From: a virus
Lineage: Duplodnaviria > Heunggongvirae > Uroviricota > Caudoviricetes
Virus record (IMG/VR): IMGVR_UViG_3300031873_001030
Strand: one strand, 5' to 3'
DNA: 64,000 nucleotides
The notes under the pieces were generated by a model. It was given only the letters and a program-made list of their open reading frames with translations. It was not told the origin of the DNA and did no database searches. The position numbers and the translations under genes were made by a program. Shown one piece after another: positions 7,673-15,059 of this stretch. How positions within the stretch are numbered: the first letter of the stretch is position 1; every line of letters begins with the position of its first letter.

Positions 7673-7787
7673 GAAAGGGTCTTTGATTCATTCCCTTTCT
7701 ATAAAAGATTTATCCCACGTCTTCGGGATTTATCCCTTCTTTCAGAAGGGATTTATATATCACCGAATCTCGTTTTAAACGAGATTC
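7673..7787 (+). promoter_or_regulatory. cluster of four hairpins (7673-7699; 7707-7758 double ATCCC/GGGAT unit; 7765-7787 GAATCTCGTTT/AAACGAGATTC)
   Basis: Inverted repeats read directly. The GATTTATCCC-N6-8-GGGATTTAT unit recurs at 25703 and 43483. Confidence 0.6.
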
Positions 7788-7963
7788 ACAAAGAACTTGT
7801 GGTCGGGTCTGATACGGCAAGGTGTGATACGGTAAGATAAGATTGGGTTATGGTCTGGCAAGGAACTTTTTACTTATATGGTTTGGCACGGTCCATTCCG
7901 TTGCGTTTAGGTGTGGTAAGGCTTGGTATGGTTACGATTTATTTGGCGTAACATATGTAATAC

Positions 7964-8632
7964 GTGTATTTAAGGTTTCTTATGTATAGTTATGCTATGG
8001 CAAAAGATGAGAATAGGGAAATAAACGTCAGTGGAAAGACAATTGCCTTAATCCTTATGGTAATCATTACAATATTTTCAGTAGGCAGTCTGATAGTAGC
8101 CATAAATGATAAAGGTCAAGCTTCCTCAGATTCAACTAGCTGGCAGAACAAATATACAACTTGCAGTTCTGGATTAAGCTCTTGCAACTCTCAACTAAGC
8201 TCTTCTCAATCAAGCTCCTCTTCATGCGCTTCACAACTCAATACTTGCAATAGCAACCTTGATTATTATCAGAACACAGGAGGAACTTGCAGTTCAGATT
8301 TGAGCAATTGCAATGCCAATTATAATACCTGCAATGCCAATCTTAACAATTATAAGACACTTTATTCTAATTGCGGTGGCAGTCTGACTAACTATCAGAC
8401 ACTTTATTCTAACTGCCAGTCAAGCTATTCTACTTGTAATTCTAATTTCAATACTCTGACTTCCACTTACAATTCTCTGAAGTCAAATTCTGATGTCATG
8501 GCACAGAATTATGCCAGTATGAAATGCTGTCCAAGCTGGCCATCCACCAAATACAGCTATTACTATACAAGCAATGGAAATGTCTATTGCACTGATACAG
8601 CAACAGCAAGCACAAAACTTACAGGATGCTAA
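7964..8632 (+). CDS. membrane-anchored Ser/Asn/Cys-rich low-complexity protein
   Basis: ORF track; TM helix TIALILMVIITIFSVGSLIVAI followed by recurring C-N-S/A-N-(L/Y/F) motifs; start may be ATG 7982. Confidence 0.6.
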   Translation: MYLRFLMYSYAMAKDENREINVSGKTIALILMVIITIFSVGSLIVAINDKGQASSDSTSWQNKYTTCSSGLSSCNSQLSSSQSSSSSCASQLNTCNSNLDYYQNTGGTCSSDLSNCNANYNTCNANLNNYKTLYSNCGGSLTNYQTLYSNCQSSYSTCNSNFNTLTSTYNSLKSNSDVMAQNYASMKCCPSWPSTKYSYYYTSNGNVYCTDTATASTKLTGC

Positions 8633-8635
8633 ATC

Positions 8636-8761
8636 ATGAGAAAATATACATCCGACAAATGGTTGAAACCTGGTGAAAAATATATCAGCACTGCAGAGAA
8701 AGAACCTGTTCCTAAAAAGAAATATGGTCATGTAGAAATTCCAGATATAGAAGACGATTGA
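8636..8761 (+). CDS. 41-aa hypothetical peptide
   Basis: ATG 4 nt after the previous stop; below the track cutoff. Confidence 0.35.
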   Translation: MRKYTSDKWLKPGEKYISTAEKEPVPKKKYGHVEIPDIEDD

Positions 8762-8793
8762 TAACTAATATTATAATAGTTTTTAAGTGGTAA

Positions 8794-9276
8794 GTGATGA
8801 GTTACGACGAGACAAGTGATTTAGCATATCTGATATTATTCGTCGGTTGTATAATTGGATTGCTCATACTTATCGTTGGCTTAGTCGGATTTTTCAATCT
8901 TGTCCAAGGATTATATTTTTGGGATTGGTTCATACTATTTATCTTGACATTCCTAGCTTCAGAAGTTTTCTTCCTTCTTGTATTCAAGAAAAAACCGACA
9001 GGAAATGTATTCTGGAAGACATTTGGAAATAAGATTTTATCTTGGATGTCAGGTTCGTTGATAATCGCAGAATTTACTTCTTTCTATTATTACATTATTC
9101 TGAACATAATCAGAGATTGGCTTACCGTATTGGAAGTATTGACTACTATAGGAAAAATAATTGGAATAGGTGTGATGATTGCATCACTTATTGCTTTTTA
9201 CGTATGGTTCAACACTTTGAGATATAAAAATATCAAAGAACCTAAAGGGAAACTTAAAAAAGTATACAAGAGGTGA
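8794..9276 (+). CDS. polytopic membrane protein
   Basis: ORF track; four to five hydrophobic helices. Confidence 0.65.
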   Translation: MMSYDETSDLAYLILFVGCIIGLLILIVGLVGFFNLVQGLYFWDWFILFILTFLASEVFFLLVFKKKPTGNVFWKTFGNKILSWMSGSLIIAEFTSFYYYIILNIIRDWLTVLEVLTTIGKIIGIGVMIASLIAFYVWFNTLRYKNIKEPKGKLKKVYKR

Positions 9277-9280
9277 TTAG

Positions 9281-9610
9281 TTTCTGATAATTACTCAGAC
9301 ATTCACATTCGGACATAGTGAAAATCTTCTGGCAAGGATATTCTCCTCAAGCACAACACTTGCAAGATGCACATTTGTTTTCAATGAAAGACGCATAATA
9401 GAATATTATATCCGTGAAGAATGGGGTGGAAAAATTGCTGATACAAAAACTATTAATGGTTTCATAGACAGATTATGTAGAGACACCACGCATGAATTTG
9501 TTCATGCTCTTGGAAATTGCCATGTGGAATGGGTACCAAAGATGATGGATAGATGGATGAAAAAACGAATCATATATGCACATTCTGTGGGACAAAGGAA
9601 GGACCTATGA
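9281..9610 (+). CDS. HExxH (HEFVH) putative metallopeptidase-like ORF with no ATG/GTG/TTG near its 5' end
   Basis: Open frame from the stop at 9278-9280 to TGA 9608-9610. Its stop overlaps the next ATG (ATGA at 9607-9610). First canonical start is 87 codons in (GTG 9542); first ATG is 93 codons in (9560). Confidence 0.35.
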   Translation, partial: FLIITQTFTFGHSENLLARIFSSSTTLARCTFVFNERRIIEYYIREEWGGKIADTKTINGFIDRLCRDTTHEFVHALGNCHVEWVPKMMDRWMKKRIIYAHSVGQRKDL

Positions 9611-9681
9611 TACAGTTTGACTATGACGACTGGGAATGTGAAAAATGCCATAGGATGGGAAGACACATATCACGTAAATAA
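9607..9681 (+). CDS. 24-aa CxxC peptide
   Basis: ATGA overlap with the preceding ORF; MIQFDYDDWECEKCHRMGRHISRK. Confidence 0.3.
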   Translation: MIQFDYDDWECEKCHRMGRHISRK

Positions 9682-9702
9682 ATATGAATATCAAAATCAG
9701 AA

Positions 9703-10209
9703 TTGAAATATATGGAAGGATATAGTGTAAAGATTGGAAAGTGTTGTAATTGTAAAAAGGATATAACTAAAATGGGATTGAAAATAATAAAAGCAGAAGT
9801 TTTCACGAAAGAAGTATTTGACAAGATAATGAAAGGTGATTATATCGAAAATGCTAAGAAAGAGTATGAAAGCTTTTCCAATCAAAATCAGAGAAAAGGC
9901 CAATGGTTGTGGAATAAAATATGGGATAAAGTAGTTGATAAAGCAAAGAGACCAGAGAGTGAAAAAGATATTCTTGAAAATGAACAATTAGTTTCACATC
10001 ATCTATGGACTATGAAAGATTCTGAATTTGATGAGATGATGTCAAAGAGGGTAGATTGTTCTAAAATCTTGAAACTGATTGACGAATTTAGTAAAAAGTT
10101 TGATGTTAAGACTTTAGAATTATGTGGAGAAACTATAGAATATATTCCTATAACAATTGCAGACTGGAACAACTTTAAGGAAAAACTCAAGCAAGAGATT
10201 TTGAAATGA
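9703..10209 (+). CDS. hypothetical protein
   Basis: ORF track. Confidence 0.55.
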   Translation: MKYMEGYSVKIGKCCNCKKDITKMGLKIIKAEVFTKEVFDKIMKGDYIENAKKEYESFSNQNQRKGQWLWNKIWDKVVDKAKRPESEKDILENEQLVSHHLWTMKDSEFDEMMSKRVDCSKILKLIDEFSKKFDVKTLELCGETIEYIPITIADWNNFKEKLKQEILK

Positions 10210-10343
10210 TGATAACAACAGCAATATTCATATTACTGAAACTTTTTGTAGAGAATAATAGTGTATCTTGGTGGTGGATGTTACTTTTCATACTCTTTGA
10301 TTTGATGATGGTTCTTACTATCAGAGTAGATTTTGGAAGATGA
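10206..10343 (+). CDS. 45-aa small membrane protein
   Basis: ATGA overlap with the 9703..10209 stop; two hydrophobic helices (MMITTAIFILLKLF...WWWMLLFILFDLMMVLTI). Confidence 0.4.
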   Translation: MMITTAIFILLKLFVENNSVSWWWMLLFILFDLMMVLTIRVDFGR

Positions 10344-10347
10344 AATT

Positions 10348-10524
10348 ATGAGTTATAAATGTGAAAATTGTAAAGGAACAGTTCCAAACTGTATGCCACA
10401 AATAAAGATAATTGTAGAAAAGAGAGATAAGACATATCCGAATGGAAGCATTGGTTGGGAAACAGTCAAAGAGAAAGTATTGTGCAGTTCATGCAATAAG
10501 GATAAAGAGGTCAAAAAATCATAG
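10348..10524 (+). CDS. small zinc-ribbon protein (CENC...CSSC)
   Basis: ORF track (track start TTG 10333; ATG 10348 preferred). Confidence 0.5.
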   Translation: MSYKCENCKGTVPNCMPQIKIIVEKRDKTYPNGSIGWETVKEKVLCSSCNKDKEVKKS

Positions 10525-10649
10525 ATTTCAATCAGATAATTGACAAGTATCTGGATAGGGAAAGGAGAGAAAGAAAGATAGGGGAATATTATGTTAGCGA
10601 GATTCCATATTGTTTAAGATTAACTTGGTTTAGATTCAAACAGCCTAAA

Positions 10650-11186
10650 GTGACATCCAAAAAAACACTCAGGCTATTCGAGAGGGGCAATGTGATTCAT
10701 CAATTCATATCAAAAGTCCTATTGAGTTCGGAAGCAGTAAGGGAAGTAAAAAGTGAACAGTCACTAAGGATACCAAGGATATCTGACAACCCTAAGGAAA
10801 ATTTTCTAATCACAGGCAGATTTGATAACTTTATTGAATTAGTAGAAGGGGAAAATGTGCTGATTGAAGTGAAGACGACAAGAAATCTGGATTATCAGAA
10901 ATCAGCTTCATTGCATCATATCATGCAACTGACACCATATCTTTTATACAAGCAAGGTCTGAAAGGTGCCATATTGTATATAGACATGAACTTCCAGACA
11001 AAAGTATTTGAAGTGATTTATGACCCTAAATTGATGCTGGAAATAATGAAAAGGGCAGAAAATTTGCATATGTATTTAGTGGAAGACAAAATGCCGCTAC
11101 CAGAAGCCAAAGACATACCAGAAAAAAATTGGGAATGCAAATACATATGCAATTATAAAGAGGAATGTGATAAATGTGTTACCTAA
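10650..11186 (+). CDS. Cas4-like / RecB-family PD-(D/E)xK nuclease with Fe-S cysteines; the real N-terminus lies upstream of the track start
   Basis: GNVIH, GRFDNF...LIEVKT (D..ExK), QLTPY (QxxxY) and C-terminal CKYICNYKEEC. The conserved N-terminal SEIPYCLR with the fourth Cys is in frame upstream (10587-10610), where no canonical start exists. Confidence 0.7.
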   Translation: MTSKKTLRLFERGNVIHQFISKVLLSSEAVREVKSEQSLRIPRISDNPKENFLITGRFDNFIELVEGENVLIEVKTTRNLDYQKSASLHHIMQLTPYLLYKQGLKGAILYIDMNFQTKVFEVIYDPKLMLEIMKRAENLHMYLVEDKMPLPEAKDIPEKNWECKYICNYKEECDKCVT

Positions 11187-12039
11187 AGTCACATTTGCAG
11201 TCTGCGCATACAATGAGGAAAAGATTATCGCAGAATGTCTGAGACACATAAAGAACGTCGATTATCCTAACAAGGAGATAATAGTCGGAAGCGATGGGAC
11301 TGACAGGACAACTGAGATAGCACAAAATATTGGTGGTGTGGAAGTCATATCATCTGGAGAGAGGCTTGGAAAGACTCAGATGCTGATGAAGATAATAGAG
11401 CAAGCCAAAGGAGATATAATAATCATAAATGATGCTGAATTTTTCCTATTTCCAAATGACGCTGTCTACAAGATTGTAGAAAGTTTTGAGAACGAAAGGA
11501 TAGGAGGATTGTCATTTGGCTCTTCAGCTCCTCATGAGATTGACTTCACAAATTGGTGGGGACTCGTGGAACACGTGATACAGGACATATTCAGATATCA
11601 TAGGATGAAAAAGAACCCACTCACGTCATTGAAAGATGCTAATTTTATCATCGTAGCAAATGCTTTCAGAAAGGATATCATAACAAAGCTTGAGACGATA
11701 AATGATGATGCTGAGATAGGATATCAATTACTGTCTAAAAATCATTATCTGCTATATGTCCCTTCAGTCAGTTTCTATACACCTGGAGGTTCTGCAAAGA
11801 ACATAAAGGATAATATAAACCAGAGGTCAAGGACTGCAGTAGGATGGATACAGATAGGAAAGTTGTATAAGATAAACTTCTTGAGATTCTATATAATCTC
11901 TTTCTGGATGATTGTCAAACTGATATTCAGCCTGATAATCTGGACTGGAGTATTCATATTCAGCTACCTGAAAGGAAGATTCCTCTACATCATAGGCAGA
12001 AGGTCTTCAAAGCAAGTATGGACAAAGGTAAGAAGATGA
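11167..12039 (+). CDS. family-2 glycosyltransferase with C-terminal membrane helices
   Basis: VTFAVCAYNEEKII...YPNKEIIVGSDGTDRT and IIINDAEF (DxD-like) match the GT2 pattern. Confidence 0.8.
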   Translation: MINVLPKVTFAVCAYNEEKIIAECLRHIKNVDYPNKEIIVGSDGTDRTTEIAQNIGGVEVISSGERLGKTQMLMKIIEQAKGDIIIINDAEFFLFPNDAVYKIVESFENERIGGLSFGSSAPHEIDFTNWWGLVEHVIQDIFRYHRMKKNPLTSLKDANFIIVANAFRKDIITKLETINDDAEIGYQLLSKNHYLLYVPSVSFYTPGGSAKNIKDNINQRSRTAVGWIQIGKLYKINFLRFYIISFWMIVKLIFSLIIWTGVFIFSYLKGRFLYIIGRRSSKQVWTKVRR

Positions 12040-12374
12040 GAAAAAAATTCAATTATGAAAACTATTACAAGAAATATTATGAAAGTCATAAGGATAAGCA
12101 CTTGTATTATGTCAATGAATGGAAGAAGAAGCATAAAGATAGTGTAAGAATTTATTCCAAACGTTATTCCAAAAGTTGGAGATTGAGAAACAAAGAAAGA
12201 TTGAAGAAAACTTCAAAAAGATATTATGACAGGCATATCAGAAGTTCTTGGTTCGATAGGATATTTGGTTTCAAATGCAAAGTATGCGGCAAGAGATATA
12301 AAGATAAAAAGGCTTTGGGTGGGCATACCACATATTGTAAAAGAAAAAGGATTGAACTTATTAACATATGTTAA
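12018..12374 (+). CDS. basic Tyr/Lys-rich protein with C-terminal CxxC...HxxxC zinc finger
   Basis: ORF track; stop codon inside palindrome 12361-12374. Confidence 0.5.
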   Translation: MDKGKKMRKKFNYENYYKKYYESHKDKHLYYVNEWKKKHKDSVRIYSKRYSKSWRLRNKERLKKTSKRYYDRHIRSSWFDRIFGFKCKVCGKRYKDKKALGGHTTYCKRKRIELINIC

Positions 12375-12411
12375 AAAGATTGCATGCAGATAACTTCTTA
12401 ACATATGTTAA
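12361..12411. repeat. palindrome pair (12361-12374, 12398-12411) enclosing a 23-bp insert
   Basis: Read directly; insert aaagattgcatgcagataacttc. Confidence 0.95.
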
Positions 12412-12446
12412 TTGCTCGGAAATTCCGAAAAGCAGAAGGTAATGAC

Positions 12447-12995
12447 ATGGACCCATTGTGGAACAAGAAATTAGAGATAATAAAGAAGCATGGTATAGAC
12501 AATGCTATTTTGGATTTAGGATGCAACATAGGTGACTTCTCCTCATATTTCGTGAGAAATGGATATGATGTGACTGGCGTCGACATAGACAATGAAAATT
12601 TGCTCATAGCAAACAGCAGAGGGATACATACGAAAAAATGCAATCTGAATCTGAAATTGCCTATGAAAAGCAATTCATATCCTACCATCTTCGCATTGGA
12701 GATAATAGAGCATCTCATCAATCCAGACAATGTCATAAAGGAAGCGCATAGACTGCTCAAAGATGGCGGGAAGTTTTATGTGTCAGTCCCATACTTCGGA
12801 CTAGTAAAAAGAACAGCGATATCGCTGTTCTTTTTTGATGATGTCTTTCTATATAATGGTCCGCATATAAGATTTTTCTCTGAAAAATCTTTCCGTAATA
12901 TATTGACAAAAAATGGATTCAAGATTCTCAAGATTTATAAACTTGGAAGATTCTATCCAGTCTATATGGACATGCTTGCCGTATGCTCTAAATAA
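12447..12995 (+). CDS. class I SAM-dependent methyltransferase (Methyltransf_11-like)
   Basis: ILDLGCNIGDF motif I, LEIIEHL, LKDGGKFYVSVP. Track start 12405 is the ATG inside the palindrome; ATG 12447 preferred. Confidence 0.75.
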   Translation: MDPLWNKKLEIIKKHGIDNAILDLGCNIGDFSSYFVRNGYDVTGVDIDNENLLIANSRGIHTKKCNLNLKLPMKSNSYPTIFALEIIEHLINPDNVIKEAHRLLKDGGKFYVSVPYFGLVKRTAISLFFFDDVFLYNGPHIRFFSEKSFRNILTKNGFKILKIYKLGRFYPVYMDMLAVCSK

Positions 12996-13353
12996 GCAAT
13001 ATGCCTACTACAATCAATAACGAAAGCATTACGAAATTTATAAATCTCGAAGAATCAAATGAGATATTCTTCCCATTATACCAAAGGAATACAAAAGGTG
13101 ACATCCAGAAAAAATGTTTGTGCTTCAGTATGAACAGAGTATCTTCAAGAGTAAATTTGCTATGCCTCAAATCTTCTTTATAATCCTTTATGAAACTTTT
13201 TTCTACCAGATGCTTTTCCTCATGCTTTCTGAGCCTTAAGAACAAGCTTCTATTTTTTTTTAGAAATGGTTCCATGTAGATATTGCCATCTTCGACATAG
13301 GCTATGTTGAACGGGTCAAGCTTCTTATAGATAATCTGGTATTTCAAAGTCAT
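12988..13353 (-). CDS. hypothetical protein with C-terminal TM helix
   Basis: ORF track; start of the minus-strand block. Confidence 0.5.
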   Translation of the reverse strand: MTLKYQIIYKKLDPFNIAYVEDGNIYMEPFLKKNRSLFLRLRKHEEKHLVEKSFIKDYKEDLRHSKFTLEDTLFILKHKHFFWMSPFVFLWYNGKNISFDSSRFINFVMLSLLIVVGILLI

Positions 13354-13583
13354 TTATCATCATCAGAATCTTTTGTAAACAGAATTCCCAGATATTTCAA
13401 TCTATCTTCCTCTATTCTTTCAAATCTCAATCTTGTATTTCCAAGCCTGTATACTTCATGGTTGGTGCTATAGTTGTAAAACATGAACCTCAATTGGAAT
13501 TGTTCCAAATCTTTTTTCCCATATAATCTTCCTATCTCAAGTTCATTGTCATCCATCATTTCCTTTCTCCTATACATGAGCAA
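13350..13583 (-). CDS. hypothetical protein
   Basis: ORF track; 4-nt overlap with the downstream gene. Confidence 0.45.
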   Translation of the reverse strand: MLMYRRKEMMDDNELEIGRLYGKKDLEQFQLRFMFYNYSTNHEVYRLGNTRLRFERIEEDRLKYLGILFTKDSDDDK

Positions 13584-13723
13584 TTTTCACAAATCCAATA
13601 CATTGAATTTTTCATTTTGTCATGCCTTATTTTTATGCATTTATTTATGCAGGCAGACTTCCCACAGATGACACATGCTGCCAAAGCTGTCCTTTCGGCT
13701 CTACATATTTCACATGCCATTTA

Positions 13724-14488
13724 TTATCCTTTCCAATTATAATAATTTTTGCAATCATCTTTTGATTCGCACTGTTGGCATGATGTATCATCCTTATCAA
13801 AAAGTGTGAAGCAGTCATGAAAAGGTGGTCTCTTTATTATTTTTTTATTGCCCATGAACAATCCTAATTCGACCAATCTATCTGAACATTCGCTATCTTT
13901 AGCAGATATCACTTCTTCTAATTTGATTTTAAATAGCGCTAGCAAGACCATCGCTTGTCCTCTTTCTTTGCTCTCTCCTTTTGGAAAGTGCTTGTCCAGT
14001 TCATCAATAAGTTCTTCTATTACATTTGCAGACAAGATTTCAGAACAAGGATGCTGTTCTGTCCCTCTTGTTTTACAGGATGAATTGTTTGGGTTATCTG
14101 ACTTGCCTTTCAAAAAATTATTACGAACCTTTTTGAAATCATTAATCTCACCTTCAAGAGCTATGCCTCCGCTCCAATGTAATTGCTTCAGTTTTCTCAT
14201 GTTTTCCAATCTCTTGATTTCACTGTCCAGAATCTTAATTACATTGTCTTTTGCAATTCTTTTTTCATATCTGCTTGGATTGAATGAACACTTTTCCCAG
14301 CTCCTTACTTTCCCATCATTATATTCTCCATCCTCAGAAGTTCCGCATATCAAATCACAATGCAGGGCGACTAATCCCAAATCATTATCAGCATGTTTGC
14401 AACTGCCACAAGTCATCAGTTCTTCTTTGTTGCAACTTTTTATTATTATTTTTTTCATATTCATTTTCATTTTTTCATCTTCTGTCAT
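13724..14488 (-). CDS. Cys-rich hypothetical protein
   Basis: ORF track; preferred over the low-complexity antisense ORF 13848..14588. Confidence 0.55.
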   Translation of the reverse strand: MTEDEKMKMNMKKIIIKSCNKEELMTCGSCKHADNDLGLVALHCDLICGTSEDGEYNDGKVRSWEKCSFNPSRYEKRIAKDNVIKILDSEIKRLENMRKLKQLHWSGGIALEGEINDFKKVRNNFLKGKSDNPNNSSCKTRGTEQHPCSEILSANVIEELIDELDKHFPKGESKERGQAMVLLALFKIKLEEVISAKDSECSDRLVELGLFMGNKKIIKRPPFHDCFTLFDKDDTSCQQCESKDDCKNYYNWKG

Positions 14489-14822
14489 ATTTCACTACAA
14501 CAACTGTTTTGTTTTTCATAACGGCAGTAGCGATAGTATGTGCTGTTCCATAACTCCAACCATCCCAGAACGCAATGACAATATTTGAATCATTTACCAT
14601 TTCAATATTCCTTTTGAGATAATTGCCACTATCAGCAGGGAAATGTTCTATTTCAATATTATTCTCTCTTGCATATTCTTCTGCATATTCGTCAGCACTA
14701 TTCTTACAACAACCTTCAATAATTATGTCATCTTTATGCAAATGACATTTCAATGTATCAAATACTAATTCCTTATAAGATTCTTTCGTTCTTGTTCCAC
14801 ATATCAAGACTTTATTCATCAT
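14475..14822 (-). CDS. SLOG-fold / DUF2493-like protein
   Basis: VLICGTR...IIIEGCCKNSADEYAEEYA...AFWDGWSYGTAHTI matches the DUF2493 pattern (G.R...G...GaD...FWdG.S.GT) from memory. Confidence 0.55.
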   Translation of the reverse strand: MMNKVLICGTRTKESYKELVFDTLKCHLHKDDIIIEGCCKNSADEYAEEYARENNIEIEHFPADSGNYLKRNIEMVNDSNIVIAFWDGWSYGTAHTIATAVMKNKTVVVVKYDRR

Positions 14823-15055
14823 TTCACCTTTCTTTTTTTCTTATTCAAAGGCATCAAGTCATTCGTACCAATAGCAAAATAACCCATCTTTATCATAGGC
14901 GTGCTGTCTCGCAATATCTTTTTGGGATTATTCTTGTCAGCATAGATTGTAGTATTTCCAAATTGCCCTACTATCATGTCTTCACTTTCAAATGTCTCTA
15001 TCCTTGTATTTTTCACCCTCTCTATGAAATCCTTTAATTCTAATTTTATATCCAA
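14819..15055 (-). CDS. hypothetical protein
   Basis: ORF track; overlapping stop/start chain. Confidence 0.45.
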   Translation of the reverse strand: MDIKLELKDFIERVKNTRIETFESEDMIVGQFGNTTIYADKNNPKKILRDSTPMIKMGYFAIGTNDLMPLNKKKRKVK

Positions 15056-15059
15056 ATCA

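Larger units (their letters stand above)
5088..7945 (+). repeat. GGTNN degenerate pentanucleotide tract (G/T-rich on + strand), interrupted by small islands
   Basis: A 5-nt reading keeps GGT/GAT in phase over long runs (e.g. 6531-6610). Stops occur in all frames. AT-rich punctuation blocks recur. Confidence 0.85.

Noticed and set aside
5088-7945. G-quadruplex-forming sequence or a true telomere
   Set aside because: G runs are almost all GG with few GGG, so canonical four-tract G4 motifs are not evident. The tract is internal to the window and interrupted by genes, so a terminal telomere cannot be claimed from this sequence alone. It is kept only as an analogy in the finding.
13848-14588. 246-aa plus-strand ORF overlapping 13724..14488
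   Set aside because: It has a low-complexity Ser/Leu/Ile/Phe translation typical of the antisense of an AT-rich gene. The minus-strand ORF fits the overlapping-gene chain of its block.
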